This document shows, one piece after another, positions 8,347 to 17,221 of a stretch of DNA of 64,000 nt. The translations under genes were made by a program, and so were the position numbers. This DNA is from Candidatus Omnitrophota bacterium (GTDB taxonomy: Bacteria > Omnitrophota > Gorgyraeia > Aquiviventales > Aquiviventaceae), in contig JAHFGV010000003.1 of assembly GCA_023247255.1 (NCBI GenBank), forward strand, positions 5,315 to 69,314, read 5' to 3'. Within the stretch, counting starts at the first letter, position 1; each line of letters opens with the position of its first letter. Under the pieces are notes generated by a model. It did no database searches and was not told the origin of the DNA. It saw nothing but the letters and a program-made list of their open reading frames with translations.

Positions 8347-9309
8347 TCAGTTCATCAACTCCTGACGCACGGCTTGCGCGGCTTCTACGACTACGCGTAG
8401 TTTCTCTTTTGCTTCCTCGGGCGTGCGCGTTTTGAGGCCGCAATCCGGATCCACGTAAATCTGATCCGGCTTGAAAACCTTCAGGGCCTTCTTTAAGTTC
8501 GCGACCACTTCTTTCGTGGACTCAACCCTGTGGTTATGCACATCGACGACCCCTAATCCGATTGCTTTCGGAAAACGTTTTCCCTTGAAGAATGCCAGCA
8601 ACTCAAAGCCCCGATTGGCAAACTCTAAGTCAATCTGATCCACGGGAAGCCGACGCAGCTTCGGCCCGATCGTTTTAAAGTCCCCATAGCAAATGTGAGT
8701 AATCGTGTGCGCGCGCAGCCCCCGAGTCACCAATCCAAGCGCCTCAATGGCCAGATCCATTTCCTCCGGACGGGTCGATATGGCAGGCTCATCAATTTGA
8801 ATGTACTGGGCCCCCGCGCGCTCCAGATCCTTGGCTTCTTCGTGAATCACACGGGCAATGGCAAGACTCGCTGCCCGGCGCGAGGGAAAATGCTCATTGA
8901 ACGACCAGTCCATGATCGTGTAAGGACCGGTCAGCATTCCCTTGACCGGCTTGCGGGTCTGTTTTTGCGCAAAACGCCACCAGTCGACGGTCACTGGCTT
9001 CGGACGGGTGATCTTGCCCGCTAGGATCGGCTTGCGGTAATATCGGTTGCCGTAGGAGCGGACCAGGCCGCTTTGCTTGAAACCTCCCAGATGTTCCGCG
9101 AAGTAGGCCACCATATCCCCGCGATACTGTTCTCCATCCACAAGAATGTCAATGCCGAGTTCCTCCTGAGCCTTAATCCATTCACCGGTGGCGCGCTGCT
9201 CCAGTTGCCTCAGCCTGGATGGATCCATCTCGCCGCGTCGCGTTTGACTGCGGGCTTGAGTCAAGTAATCCGGTTTCGGAAGGCTTCCCACCGACGTCGT
9301 CAGTAACAT
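8347..9309 (-). CDS. metE: Cobalamin-independent methionine synthase, C-terminal catalytic (Zn) domain ORF
   Basis: GMLTGPYTIMDWSF, IQIDEPA, HTITHICYGDF (His-x-Cys), DPDCGLKTR (Cys) align with the MetE C-domain Zn ligands. The track ORF extends to a TTG at 9369, encoded by repeat D. Confidence 0.85.
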   Translation of the reverse strand: MLLTTSVGSLPKPDYLTQARSQTRRGEMDPSRLRQLEQRATGEWIKAQEELGIDILVDGEQYRGDMVAYFAEHLGGFKQSGLVRSYGNRYYRKPILAGKITRPKPVTVDWWRFAQKQTRKPVKGMLTGPYTIMDWSFNEHFPSRRAASLAIARVIHEEAKDLERAGAQYIQIDEPAISTRPEEMDLAIEALGLVTRGLRAHTITHICYGDFKTIGPKLRRLPVDQIDLEFANRGFELLAFFKGKRFPKAIGLGVVDVHNHRVESTKEVVANLKKALKVFKPDQIYVDPDCGLKTRTPEEAKEKLRVVVEAAQAVRQELMN

Positions 9310-9334
9310 CTTCGACTCCTTTTCTGCTGTCGCA

Positions 9335-9400
9335 CGGCCCTGAGCCCCGAACCCAGAACCCTGAGCCAAGAGGGGTTTTTCAGCATTCTGCTAGCGCTCC
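9335..9400. repeat. Family D repeat inserted between the two MetE halves
   Basis: gccctgagccccgaacccagaaccctgagccaagaggggtttttcagcattctgctagcgctcc. It supplies the in-frame TAG (9391-9393) and the inter-ORF linker. Confidence 0.7.
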
Positions 9401-10359
9401 CCGTAGGATACGACGGCTTCTTGTAGCCGTTGAATCTTTTGGAGGGCCTGCTCATGCGGCAAGAACTCCAGCCCCGTGTTTGGGTTTACGTAGATCTGCT
9501 CAAGGGGCAGGATCTTCCGGATCACATTGAAAAGCGCATGAAGCTCAGTGACCGACTCCAGTTTCGTGTTGCGCCCATCGAGACATCCGAGAGCCAGCGT
9601 CTTTTTGATCGGCACGTGTTTCAGATTCATGATCGTCTTGGGGCTCGACACCAAATCCAATCCAATCACGTCCACCTTCGCACGCATCAGCGATCCCAAA
9701 TTTCCATTCAATGCCCCGAAGTAGGTGTACAGGGCGGTCTTTGCCTTGAGCCCTTGAGTCACAATGCCGATGGCCTCAACGGCCAAGGCCATGTTGGGCT
9801 TTGCGAATCCCAGCGCCGGCTCGTCGAACTGAATGAAGGGCGCTCCTGCGTGCTCCAAGGCCTTCGCTTCTTGGTGGAGGATCTCGGCCATCGCCCTTGT
9901 GAATTTCTGCTCGGACTTGTAATAGCGATCCTCGCTCATTTTCGCAAAGGTATAAGGACCCGGCAGAATGGCCTTCAGTGGCCGCGAAGTACATTGGGCG
10001 GCAAATTGATAGTCCCGTACCAAAATCGGGCCGGTCCATCGGGGCGCTTTATGGAGAATGGGTCGACGATAATAGATGTTGTTGTCGAACCAACGGGAAA
10101 GCCCGTTGATTTCGAACCCTTCCAGTTTTCGAGCGATGGGATTCAACAAATCCTCCCATCGAACCTGGCCATCGGTCAGAAGATCAAGTCCTGCCGTTTC
10201 TTGCTCTTGGATGACGGCTTTCGTGACTTCTTGGAAGACCCGTTCCAGTTCGGAGTCGGTAAGCTCCTTTCGCTGCCACCGACTGATGGCCCCGATCACC
10301 TTCGTCGTATAGGCGTCTTCTGCGACCTTTGGGAAATTTCCAACAGTAGTTGTAATCAT
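9391..10359 (-). CDS. metE: Cobalamin-independent methionine synthase, N-terminal (non-catalytic) domain ORF
   Basis: TVGNFPKV...GLDLLTDGQ...WFDNNIYYRRPIL...ILPGPYTF...IQFDEPAL match the MetE N-domain. It lacks the Cys/His Zn ligands. It is in the same reading frame as the downstream C-domain ORF. Confidence 0.8.
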   Translation of the reverse strand: MITTTVGNFPKVAEDAYTTKVIGAISRWQRKELTDSELERVFQEVTKAVIQEQETAGLDLLTDGQVRWEDLLNPIARKLEGFEINGLSRWFDNNIYYRRPILHKAPRWTGPILVRDYQFAAQCTSRPLKAILPGPYTFAKMSEDRYYKSEQKFTRAMAEILHQEAKALEHAGAPFIQFDEPALGFAKPNMALAVEAIGIVTQGLKAKTALYTYFGALNGNLGSLMRAKVDVIGLDLVSSPKTIMNLKHVPIKKTLALGCLDGRNTKLESVTELHALFNVIRKILPLEQIYVNPNTGLEFLPHEQALQKIQRLQEAVVSYGER

Positions 10360-10389
10360 CTTGTTTTTTCTCCTGCCCCCGATTTTCTG

Positions 10390-10563
10390 TTACCGTTTAC
10401 CGTCGATCTTAGGCGTCGAATCTCGAACCTGTCGGGCTTTCTGCTTCTTATCAAAACAGTCCTGACAGTTAAAAATCGGCTTGGCCAACGTCCGATTGTA
10501 GTCTTTCGCAACGACTACACGCAGCACAATGGGGCTTTCCTGTTTACAGGTATCGCATTGCAT
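10390..10563 (-). CDS. Small zinc-ribbon protein (two CxxC pairs), 57 aa; not in ORF track
   Basis: Manual translation gives MQCDTCKQESPIVLRVVVAKDYNRTLAKPIFNCQDCFDKKQKARQVRDSTPKIDGKR. It sits ~30 nt upstream of the MetE N-domain ORF. Confidence 0.4.
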   Translation of the reverse strand: MQCDTCKQESPIVLRVVVAKDYNRTLAKPIFNCQDCFDKKQKARQVRDSTPKIDGKR

Positions 10564-10582
10564 GGAAATTATGCTTCACAGA

Positions 10583-10712
10583 TTTCCAACAACGGGGTCA
10601 GGCATTTGTTATCTTAATTATTCGGGGTTTTCTCAGTTGCCGCGATCTTTACGCAGCAGGATGTCCACCGCAATCCCAAATAGTGAACATATTGAATGCC
10701 TGACCCTATTTG
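10583..10712. mobile_element. MITE-like element, family E (two inverted half-copies)
   Basis: ggggtcaggcatttgttatcttaattattcgggg ... ccgcgatctttacgcagcaggatgtccaccgcaatcccaaatagtgaacatattgaatgcctgaccc. Confidence 0.6.
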
Positions 10713-10777
10713 TTTCGGTCGCCACGTCCTTCATCCAACCCCTCTCCCACAGCCGCTTCTGCACCGCCATTGCGCAC

Positions 10778-11713
10778 TCAATCAAGCACCACTTCAATGA
10801 CGGTCTCACTTCTGCGGCTCATGCGATCTCCATCGACGACAAATTCTACGGTGTATTTGCCAGCGCTGGGAAATGTTACCCATAACGACTCATCTACGTT
10901 TAACGGAGTATTATTGACAGGCTCCCCGAAGGCAAACGAGTAGCGTTGATTTGGATATTGGACTTGCCAGCCACCTCCATGTCGAATTTCCAGTCCTCCT
11001 TGAAGAAAATGTACTTGTAGCCTGGGGTGCTCTAATGAAAACCCAGATTGATTTTCAATAACCGGTGTAAAACGAAGAGGCTTGCCAGGAACATATTTCT
11101 TACGTAACACAGTTTGTGGAGTTAGCCTTAAGCTGGCGTCTGGAGCGTAACTCGAATAGTCGTCCAATTCATAAGGATATCTTTCCCCTGCAAATATCTT
11201 GTTGGCGTCAATGTGTAACGAGGAGGCATTGATGTCACGCTTCAGGGTCATGATCCGCTCCACGAATCGTCTGGCAGAGTCCTCGCGGCGCTCCATTGCT
11301 TCCCGTTCGGTTTGGCAGCTGGAGACAACCGAGACGGTTTGCCGGTACTGGCACAGTGCCAATTCCATGCAAGCGAGATGGGTCACCTGGTTCAGCGACT
11401 CCCATTCCGAGTCGTAGTCTTTCAACTCCTGGGACAGGCGCCGGTGCTTCTCCGCGGTGATGCGCCCTTTGGCCGACTGCAACTTTTCGCGCTGTACGTC
11501 GATTTCAAGTTTCACACCGCTAATTTCTCCCACGATTGGCTTGGTAGAACACAGTTGTTTCGCGTAGTCAAGCTCTTTCCGCTTGCTGCTAGCCAGTTGC
11601 GCGCAGCCGCAGGACACTAGGCCCAGCGTAAGGCATGCAGCGGCCATCATCCTACCCATATGACCACTGACCACCAACACGTCTGTACTCGATGTTCTCC
11701 TGCGTCCCATCAT
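10778..11713 (-). CDS. Hypothetical lipoprotein (coiled-coil N-half, beta-rich C-half)
   Basis: Signal peptide plus lipobox (LGLVSCGC). No recognisable catalytic motifs. Flanked on both sides by family E repeats. Confidence 0.5.
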   Translation of the reverse strand: MMGRRRTSSTDVLVVSGHMGRMMAAACLTLGLVSCGCAQLASSKRKELDYAKQLCSTKPIVGEISGVKLEIDVQREKLQSAKGRITAEKHRRLSQELKDYDSEWESLNQVTHLACMELALCQYRQTVSVVSSCQTEREAMERREDSARRFVERIMTLKRDINASSLHIDANKIFAGERYPYELDDYSSYAPDASLRLTPQTVLRKKYVPGKPLRFTPVIENQSGFSLEHPRLQVHFLQGGLEIRHGGGWQVQYPNQRYSFAFGEPVNNTPLNVDESLWVTFPSAGKYTVEFVVDGDRMSRRSETVIEVVLD

Positions 11714-11740
11714 GCTACCCTTTTGGTCCCTGAGCTAAAT

Positions 11741-11825
11741 TTCACACGATTACCGCGATCTTCACGTAGCAGGATGTCCACCGTAATCCCGAATAGTGAA
11801 CATATTGAATGCCTGACCCCGTTTA
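11741..11825. mobile_element. MITE-like element, family E
   Basis: ttaccgcgatcttcacgtagcaggatgtccaccgtaatcccgaatagtgaacatattgaatgcctgacccc. Confidence 0.6.
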
Positions 11826-12533
11826 TTTGAAAAGTTGCGACCAGTGCTCGATGAGGGATGATTCCCGGATGCCAACGTATGACGCTTGGCTCAAAGCAAT
11901 CGAGCGCTGAGTCAATTGTTCCAATAGGGCTGAAGGTAACAGGCGTGTCAATCCCTCGGTTAAAGGACGCGCAAGAAATGAGCCTTGGATGAGCCAACTC
12001 TTGGAGAAGCGGCGGATGGCAAAACCTGCAACCTTGCGCTCTCCGATCATAAGGGCATAGGGACTGGGTTCCGTCAAGCAGGTGGTGATCCGCCCACTGG
12101 TTTGTGTCGTCTCAAGCAATGCATGGGCTTGGACTTTATACGTCTGACACAAGTCCACCACCGATTGACACAAGCTATTCATAATGGTTTCAAGGGTGAG
12201 TTCCAGTGTGCGAGGCGCAGTGAGAGACACCGAAACGTCTGTGCCATGAAACGCCAATCCCCCACCGGTGGGACGTTCTACGAGATCCATACCTTGCTGG
12301 CAAGCCCACTGGGTATCACACCACGACGGCAAGGGCTGTTTCCATCCATAGGAGATCGCAGGAGTCTTCCATGTAAAGAACCGCAAGGTCGATTCTGCTT
12401 TTTCTGCTAAACGCACATCCATCGCCATATGCTCATGGCCCAAGCGAGGCTCATCGACGATGATGCGCCAATAGCCTCCCTGCGTCTTAGTTGAATGCTC
12501 AAGATGTTCTGCGACTATTACCATGCGATTCAC
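11823..12533 (-). CDS. lplA: Lipoate-protein ligase / octanoyltransferase family protein (BPL_LplA_LipB)
   Basis: RPTGGGLAFHG...GERKVAGFAIRR motifs. Adjacent to the glycine cleavage genes, whose H protein is lipoylated. Confidence 0.75.
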   Translation of the reverse strand: MNRMVIVAEHLEHSTKTQGGYWRIIVDEPRLGHEHMAMDVRLAEKAESTLRFFTWKTPAISYGWKQPLPSWCDTQWACQQGMDLVERPTGGGLAFHGTDVSVSLTAPRTLELTLETIMNSLCQSVVDLCQTYKVQAHALLETTQTSGRITTCLTEPSPYALMIGERKVAGFAIRRFSKSWLIQGSFLARPLTEGLTRLLPSALLEQLTQRSIALSQASYVGIRESSLIEHWSQLFK

Positions 12534-12558
12534 GAATCACGATCCACGCATGCTGAAT

Positions 12559-14031
12559 TTAATGAGCCACGGCTGTCGGTACGCTAGCAGGATTCCAGCG
12601 TAGATCTGGCTCCCGCGCTGCCTTGACTTCATCGAGCCGACCCACAGCCATCCGATGGGGAGCGCGACTCACCAGTTGGGGATCTTCTTTGGCCTCACAC
12701 GCAATCTTTCGCAGGGCCTCGGCCAGCTCATCTAGGGTTTCCTTGGATTCCGTCTCGGTCGGTTCAATCATCAGAGCCTCATCGACAATCAGAGGGAAAT
12801 AGACGGTCGGAGCATAAAAACCGTAATCCAACAAACGCTTGGCCACGTCCCAAGCAGTCAGTCCTTGGGCCTTGAGCGATTTTAGACTCAGCACAAATTC
12901 ATGCATGCAGGCTTGAGGGAAAGCCACCGGAAAAATGTCTTGGAGTTTCTTTTTGAGATAATTAGCATTCACGACCGCATGGCATCCGGCACGGGACAGC
13001 CCTTCCCGTCCCAAGGTGCGGATATAGATGTAGGCCCTGATCAATACACCGATATTGCCATAGAAGCCGTGCACACGACCGATCGATGCCTCTGAGTGTT
13101 CCGTCCACACCCACCGTTTGCCGACTCGTCGAACCCTCGGTAAAGGTAGGAATCTTTCAAGGCTCCGGGTGACTCCCACCGGTCCCGCCCCCGGGCCACC
13201 TCCTCCATGCGGCGTTGAAAACGTCTTGTGGAGATTCAGTTGCAACAGATCCACGCCCAACTCGCCGGGACGGGCGATTCCCAGCAGGGCGTTCATATTC
13301 GCTCCGTCCATGTAGACTAATGCGTCCCGCTCGTGCATCAAAGCGCAGATGCTTTTAATCTGTCTTTCAAAGAGCCCCAAGGTATTGGGGTTGGTCAGCA
13401 TCAACGCGGCAACATTAGAATTTAACCGCGCACGAAGTTCCTGCGTGTCAATCAGCCCATCCATGCCGGACTTCAACTGCACCACTTGGAATCCGGCCAG
13501 TGCCGCGGAAGCAGGGTTGGTGCCGTGGGCAGAGTCGGGGATGAGAATGATGGAACGTCTGCGCCGCTTGCGTCGATGGTAGGCGGCAATGATCTTCAAA
13601 CCCGTCAACTCTCCTTGAGCCCCGGCGGCAGGCTGAAGGGTAAAAGCAGACATGCCGGTAATGGCGCACAACAACTGCTCCAACTCATAGAGCAACCGGA
13701 GGATTCCCTGTAGCTGATCGGCCGGTTGAAACGGATGCAGCCAGGCGAATGCAGGCATGGCGGCTACCCGATCGTTCAATTTCGGATTGTATTTCATCGT
13801 GCAGGATCCCAGAGGATAACAATGAGTATCCACAGAGAAATTCAACTGGGATATGCGGGTGAAATGCCGCACGACGTCCAATTCTGACAGCTCAGGCAAA
13901 GGAAGAACTTCTGTGCGCCGTTGATCCTGAGGTAGCAGTTGCGTGATGGAACAAGTGGGTACGTCACTGGGACTCAAGCGATAACCCCGACGACCGGAAA
14001 CGGAACGCTCAAAGATCAACGGCTCCGTCAT
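12559..14031 (-). CDS. gcvPB: Glycine dehydrogenase (aminomethyl-transferring) subunit 2
   Basis: PLGSCTMKYNP...NLHKTFSTPHGGGGPGAGP PLP-lysine region. ATGA overlap with gcvPA. Confidence 0.95.
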   Translation of the reverse strand: MTEPLIFERSVSGRRGYRLSPSDVPTCSITQLLPQDQRRTEVLPLPELSELDVVRHFTRISQLNFSVDTHCYPLGSCTMKYNPKLNDRVAAMPAFAWLHPFQPADQLQGILRLLYELEQLLCAITGMSAFTLQPAAGAQGELTGLKIIAAYHRRKRRRRSIILIPDSAHGTNPASAALAGFQVVQLKSGMDGLIDTQELRARLNSNVAALMLTNPNTLGLFERQIKSICALMHERDALVYMDGANMNALLGIARPGELGVDLLQLNLHKTFSTPHGGGGPGAGPVGVTRSLERFLPLPRVRRVGKRWVWTEHSEASIGRVHGFYGNIGVLIRAYIYIRTLGREGLSRAGCHAVVNANYLKKKLQDIFPVAFPQACMHEFVLSLKSLKAQGLTAWDVAKRLLDYGFYAPTVYFPLIVDEALMIEPTETESKETLDELAEALRKIACEAKEDPQLVSRAPHRMAVGRLDEVKAAREPDLRWNPASVPTAVAH

Positions 14032-15395
14032 CCTTGGAATCCTTTCAACGTTTCGATAAGCCGATCGATGGCGTCTTTGCTGATGCGCTCAGTGACGCAC
14101 CAGAGAAAGTTTTTCTCCATCGTGGGATACCAACGAGCGAGCGACAACCCGCTTAATATATTTGCCTTTGCCAAGACCCGCTGGATTTTATCCGAGTCGA
14201 TTGCGGCATCATATTGCAGAGTGAATTCGTTGAAAAAAGCCTGCGAGAAGGGAGCACTGATCCAAGGGATTTCCAGCAGCCTTCGATAGGCGTAATGGGC
14301 CTTTTCAAAATTCAACAGAGCCAGCTCCTTCATTCCCCCCGAGCCCAGAAGGCTTAGAAAAATCGTTGCCCGCAGCGCCAGCCAACCTTCGTTGGTACAG
14401 ATATTGGACGTTGCTCGCTCCCTGCGGATATGTTGCTCCCGCGTCTGAAGCGTCAGCGTGTAGCCCCGATGCCCCGCATGATCCACCGTGGCTCCGCACA
14501 GACGGCCGGGCAGGCGTCGCAGCAACTCAGCCGTCGCAGTGAATAGCCCCAGCCCGGGTCCTCCGTAAGTGATTGGGCTTCCTAAACATCGTCCCTCAGC
14601 GACGGCCAAATCCGCCCCGAAACTCCCTGGAGGCCGCAGCAACCCCAGACTGATGGGATAGACGCAAGCAACGAACAAACCTCCCATACGGTGAGCCAAC
14701 TGTCCGGCTTGTTCCATCGGCTCGAGACATCCAAACACATTGGGCTGTTGCAATACCACACAAGCCACGTCTTCTGCCGATGCCCTGTCCAAGGCTTCGA
14801 TATCGGTCAACCCGTTGACAGCAGGGATCTCTTGAAAAACCGCCTCCGATTGGCTCAGATACGTCGAGATCACTTGGCGGATATGCGGATGGACGGTCTC
14901 TGAAACCAACACGCGCGTGCGTGCACGACAGCGTAGGGCGACCAACACAGCCTCGGCCGCACTCGATGCGCCATCGTAGAGCGAGGCATTCGCCACATCC
15001 ATCTGGAACAATTGGCAGATCAACGTTTGAAACTCATAAATCGCCTGCAGGGTCCCTTGGCTTGCTTCGGCCTGATAAGGGGTATAGGGGGTGAGCCATT
15101 CTCCGCGCGATGCCAAGACATCCACCACAGTCGGCACCAGATGGTCGTAAGCGCCGGCACCCAAAAACGAAATCTGCTGATTCACAGGCCTGTTGCCCGA
15201 ACCTAGCGCCTCTGCCCATTGAAGAATTTCCTGCTCGCTCATTCCAGAAGGCACATCCAGATTGGACTGACGGAGCTTCTCAGGAACAATGGAAGAAATG
15301 AGTTCCTCGAAAGAGCTCACTCCAATGACATCTAACATTTCTTGGATTTGAGCATCCGTATTAGGCGCGTAATCCATGTCTCTTTTTTCCTTCAC
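14028..15395 (-). CDS. gcvPA: Glycine dehydrogenase (aminomethyl-transferring) subunit 1
   Basis: FLGAGAYDHLVP...TPYQAE(A)SQGTLQA typical of GcvPA. Confidence 0.95.
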   Translation of the reverse strand: MKEKRDMDYAPNTDAQIQEMLDVIGVSSFEELISSIVPEKLRQSNLDVPSGMSEQEILQWAEALGSGNRPVNQQISFLGAGAYDHLVPTVVDVLASRGEWLTPYTPYQAEASQGTLQAIYEFQTLICQLFQMDVANASLYDGASSAAEAVLVALRCRARTRVLVSETVHPHIRQVISTYLSQSEAVFQEIPAVNGLTDIEALDRASAEDVACVVLQQPNVFGCLEPMEQAGQLAHRMGGLFVACVYPISLGLLRPPGSFGADLAVAEGRCLGSPITYGGPGLGLFTATAELLRRLPGRLCGATVDHAGHRGYTLTLQTREQHIRRERATSNICTNEGWLALRATIFLSLLGSGGMKELALLNFEKAHYAYRRLLEIPWISAPFSQAFFNEFTLQYDAAIDSDKIQRVLAKANILSGLSLARWYPTMEKNFLWCVTERISKDAIDRLIETLKGFQG

Positions 15396-15443
15396 CTTTC
15401 ACCGGGTATCTATCACCTAACACCTGGCAGTTCTTAGCTTAAA

Positions 15444-15833
15444 TTAGTGAGTTTCCGCTTGCAGCTTTTGCCGATACGCTTCTACGCTAAGCAGGCGCGA
15501 GAATTCTTGGGAATCACTCGGCTCAATGGCGAAGAGCCAGCCCACTCCATAACAGTCTTGATTGACCCGTTGGGGCGAGCCCGTTACGGCTTCATTGACC
15601 CGTTTGATGGTTCCGGAAACCGGAGCGTAGATATCGAAAGCGGCCTTCACCGACTCAATCACCGCAACGGCTGCCGCCTGCTTGACAACGGTGCCGACCT
15701 TGGGCAGTTCGATGAAAACGATATCCCGCAATTCTTGTTGTGCATGCGCGGTGATGCCGACCACCGCCTCGGTTCCTTGAAGCTTAATCCACTCGTGGGT
15801 CGTCGTGTAACGTAGCTCTTCAGGAAATTGCAT
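15444..15833 (-). CDS. gcvH: Glycine cleavage system H protein
   Basis: YTTTHEWIKL...VIESVKAA...APVSG lipoyl-lysine region. Confidence 0.95.
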   Translation of the reverse strand: MQFPEELRYTTTHEWIKLQGTEAVVGITAHAQQELRDIVFIELPKVGTVVKQAAAVAVIESVKAAFDIYAPVSGTIKRVNEAVTGSPQRVNQDCYGVGWLFAIEPSDSQEFSRLLSVEAYRQKLQAETH

Positions 15834-15952
15834 GGGGTCATCTCCCATCATTTATTGTCGATTTTCGATTGAACAGAGTTTCATGATTCCCTGGGAGGCG
15901 CCAAATCCCCCTCCCGGCATTTATTATTAACGTCTTGGGATTTGAAGGGAGA

Positions 15953-17140
15953 TCAGCCTTCAATGGCCGGAGGACAACAACGGGACGGTACATCCGCATC
16001 GCTGGCCTTGGCAGACCGATATCCCGACGATACCCCAGAAGCCGGTGAAACCGGCAAGGACTGGGCTTTCCAAAACGGCAGCTTAACCACGGTCGCTGGA
16101 TAGGTCTGAGCGCGTACCGTCAGGGTCAAGGTCGTCCCTGGCTTTGCAAAGTCCGGCTCCACGTAGCCCATGCCTAGCGGTTTGTTCATCGTCGGGCTGA
16201 AAGTACCGCTTGTGACCTGGCCAATCTTCCGATCGTTCGCTTTCAGCTCACAACCTGATCGCGGTATGGGACCCTGAGCGAGTTCAAATCCGACAAACTG
16301 TCTCACAAGCCCTCTTTGCTTCTGTTGCACAAGCGCGGGCTTTCCGATAAACTCAGTTTTATTCATCGCAACCGTCCAACCCAACCCCGCCTCTAGCGGA
16401 CTGGTTGTGGTATCCATGTCCGTGCCGTAGAGACGCAAAGCGGCTTCGACACGCAGGGTATCCCTGGCGCCTAAACCGATCGCTCCTCCTGAGCGAGCCG
16501 TCGCCACCTCCAGAATCGCATCCCACAACCGCTGGGCGTGGTAATCCGAAACGAACAGCTCAAAACCGTCGCTGCCCGTGTAGCCGGTACGGGCAATGCA
16601 GGATTCGGGTCCCATCGTTCGAATCGGGGCGATGCCAAAGCGTCCGAGGCTACTCACTCGGGCATCCAGGAGATTTTCAAGCACACGAGCAGCCAGCGGC
16701 CCCTGGATGGCCAGCATCGAACGGCCTTCGCTAATCGACGTGACTGTTGCCTGCGGGTGTCGGTGGGCCTGCAACCAATCGAAATCGCTCTGACGATTGG
16801 CGCAATTGATTATGACCAGATAATCATCGGACCCGATCCGGTAGACGATGAGATCATCCAGAATCCCTCCTTGTTCGTTCAGCATGAGGGTATAACAAGC
16901 CCGACCTTCGGCTACCTGGCTGATATCACTCACCAGCAGTCTGTTAAGCATTGCCAGGGCGCCGTCTCCGGTAACCAAGACCTGCCCCATGTGGGAAATA
17001 TCAAAGATCCCCAGCGCCTGACGGACAGCTTTGTGCTCTTCAAGGATGCTCGTGTAATACAGAGGCATTTCCCAACCGTGGAAATCGGTCATCTTCGCCC
17101 CAAGCGCTCGATGATGTTGATATAAAGCTGTTCTTTTCAT
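15953..17140 (-). CDS. gcvT: Glycine cleavage system aminomethyltransferase T
   Basis: TALYQHHRALGAKMTDFHGWEMPLYY...HMGQV...GYTGSDGFE. The track ORF has a 16-aa upstream extension. Confidence 0.95.
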   Translation of the reverse strand: MKRTALYQHHRALGAKMTDFHGWEMPLYYTSILEEHKAVRQALGIFDISHMGQVLVTGDGALAMLNRLLVSDISQVAEGRACYTLMLNEQGGILDDLIVYRIGSDDYLVIINCANRQSDFDWLQAHRHPQATVTSISEGRSMLAIQGPLAARVLENLLDARVSSLGRFGIAPIRTMGPESCIARTGYTGSDGFELFVSDYHAQRLWDAILEVATARSGGAIGLGARDTLRVEAALRLYGTDMDTTTSPLEAGLGWTVAMNKTEFIGKPALVQQKQRGLVRQFVGFELAQGPIPRSGCELKANDRKIGQVTSGTFSPTMNKPLGMGYVEPDFAKPGTTLTLTVRAQTYPATVVKLPFWKAQSLPVSPASGVSSGYRSAKASDADVPSRCCPPAIEG

Positions 17141-17221
17141 GTTTATGGTTCCTGAATTTCTGTTAAGATCCAACCAGCCTGGGCCCATGGCCGATGGCGG
17201 GGTCGGGTTTTGAAACGAGCT

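Noticed and set aside
10360-10389. Looked for a SAM or cobalamin riboswitch upstream of metE
   Set aside because: The only substantial upstream non-coding stretch (10564-10777) is occupied by a family E MITE. The 30-nt gap before the MetE N-domain ORF is too short. No riboswitch-like conserved core was recognised by eye. A covariance-model scan (SAM-I/II, cobalamin) would be needed to exclude it.
9430-10617. 395-aa plus-strand ORF antisense to the MetE N-domain gene
   Set aside because: It is a shadow ORF of a strongly supported MetE homolog on the opposite strand. No recognisable domain.
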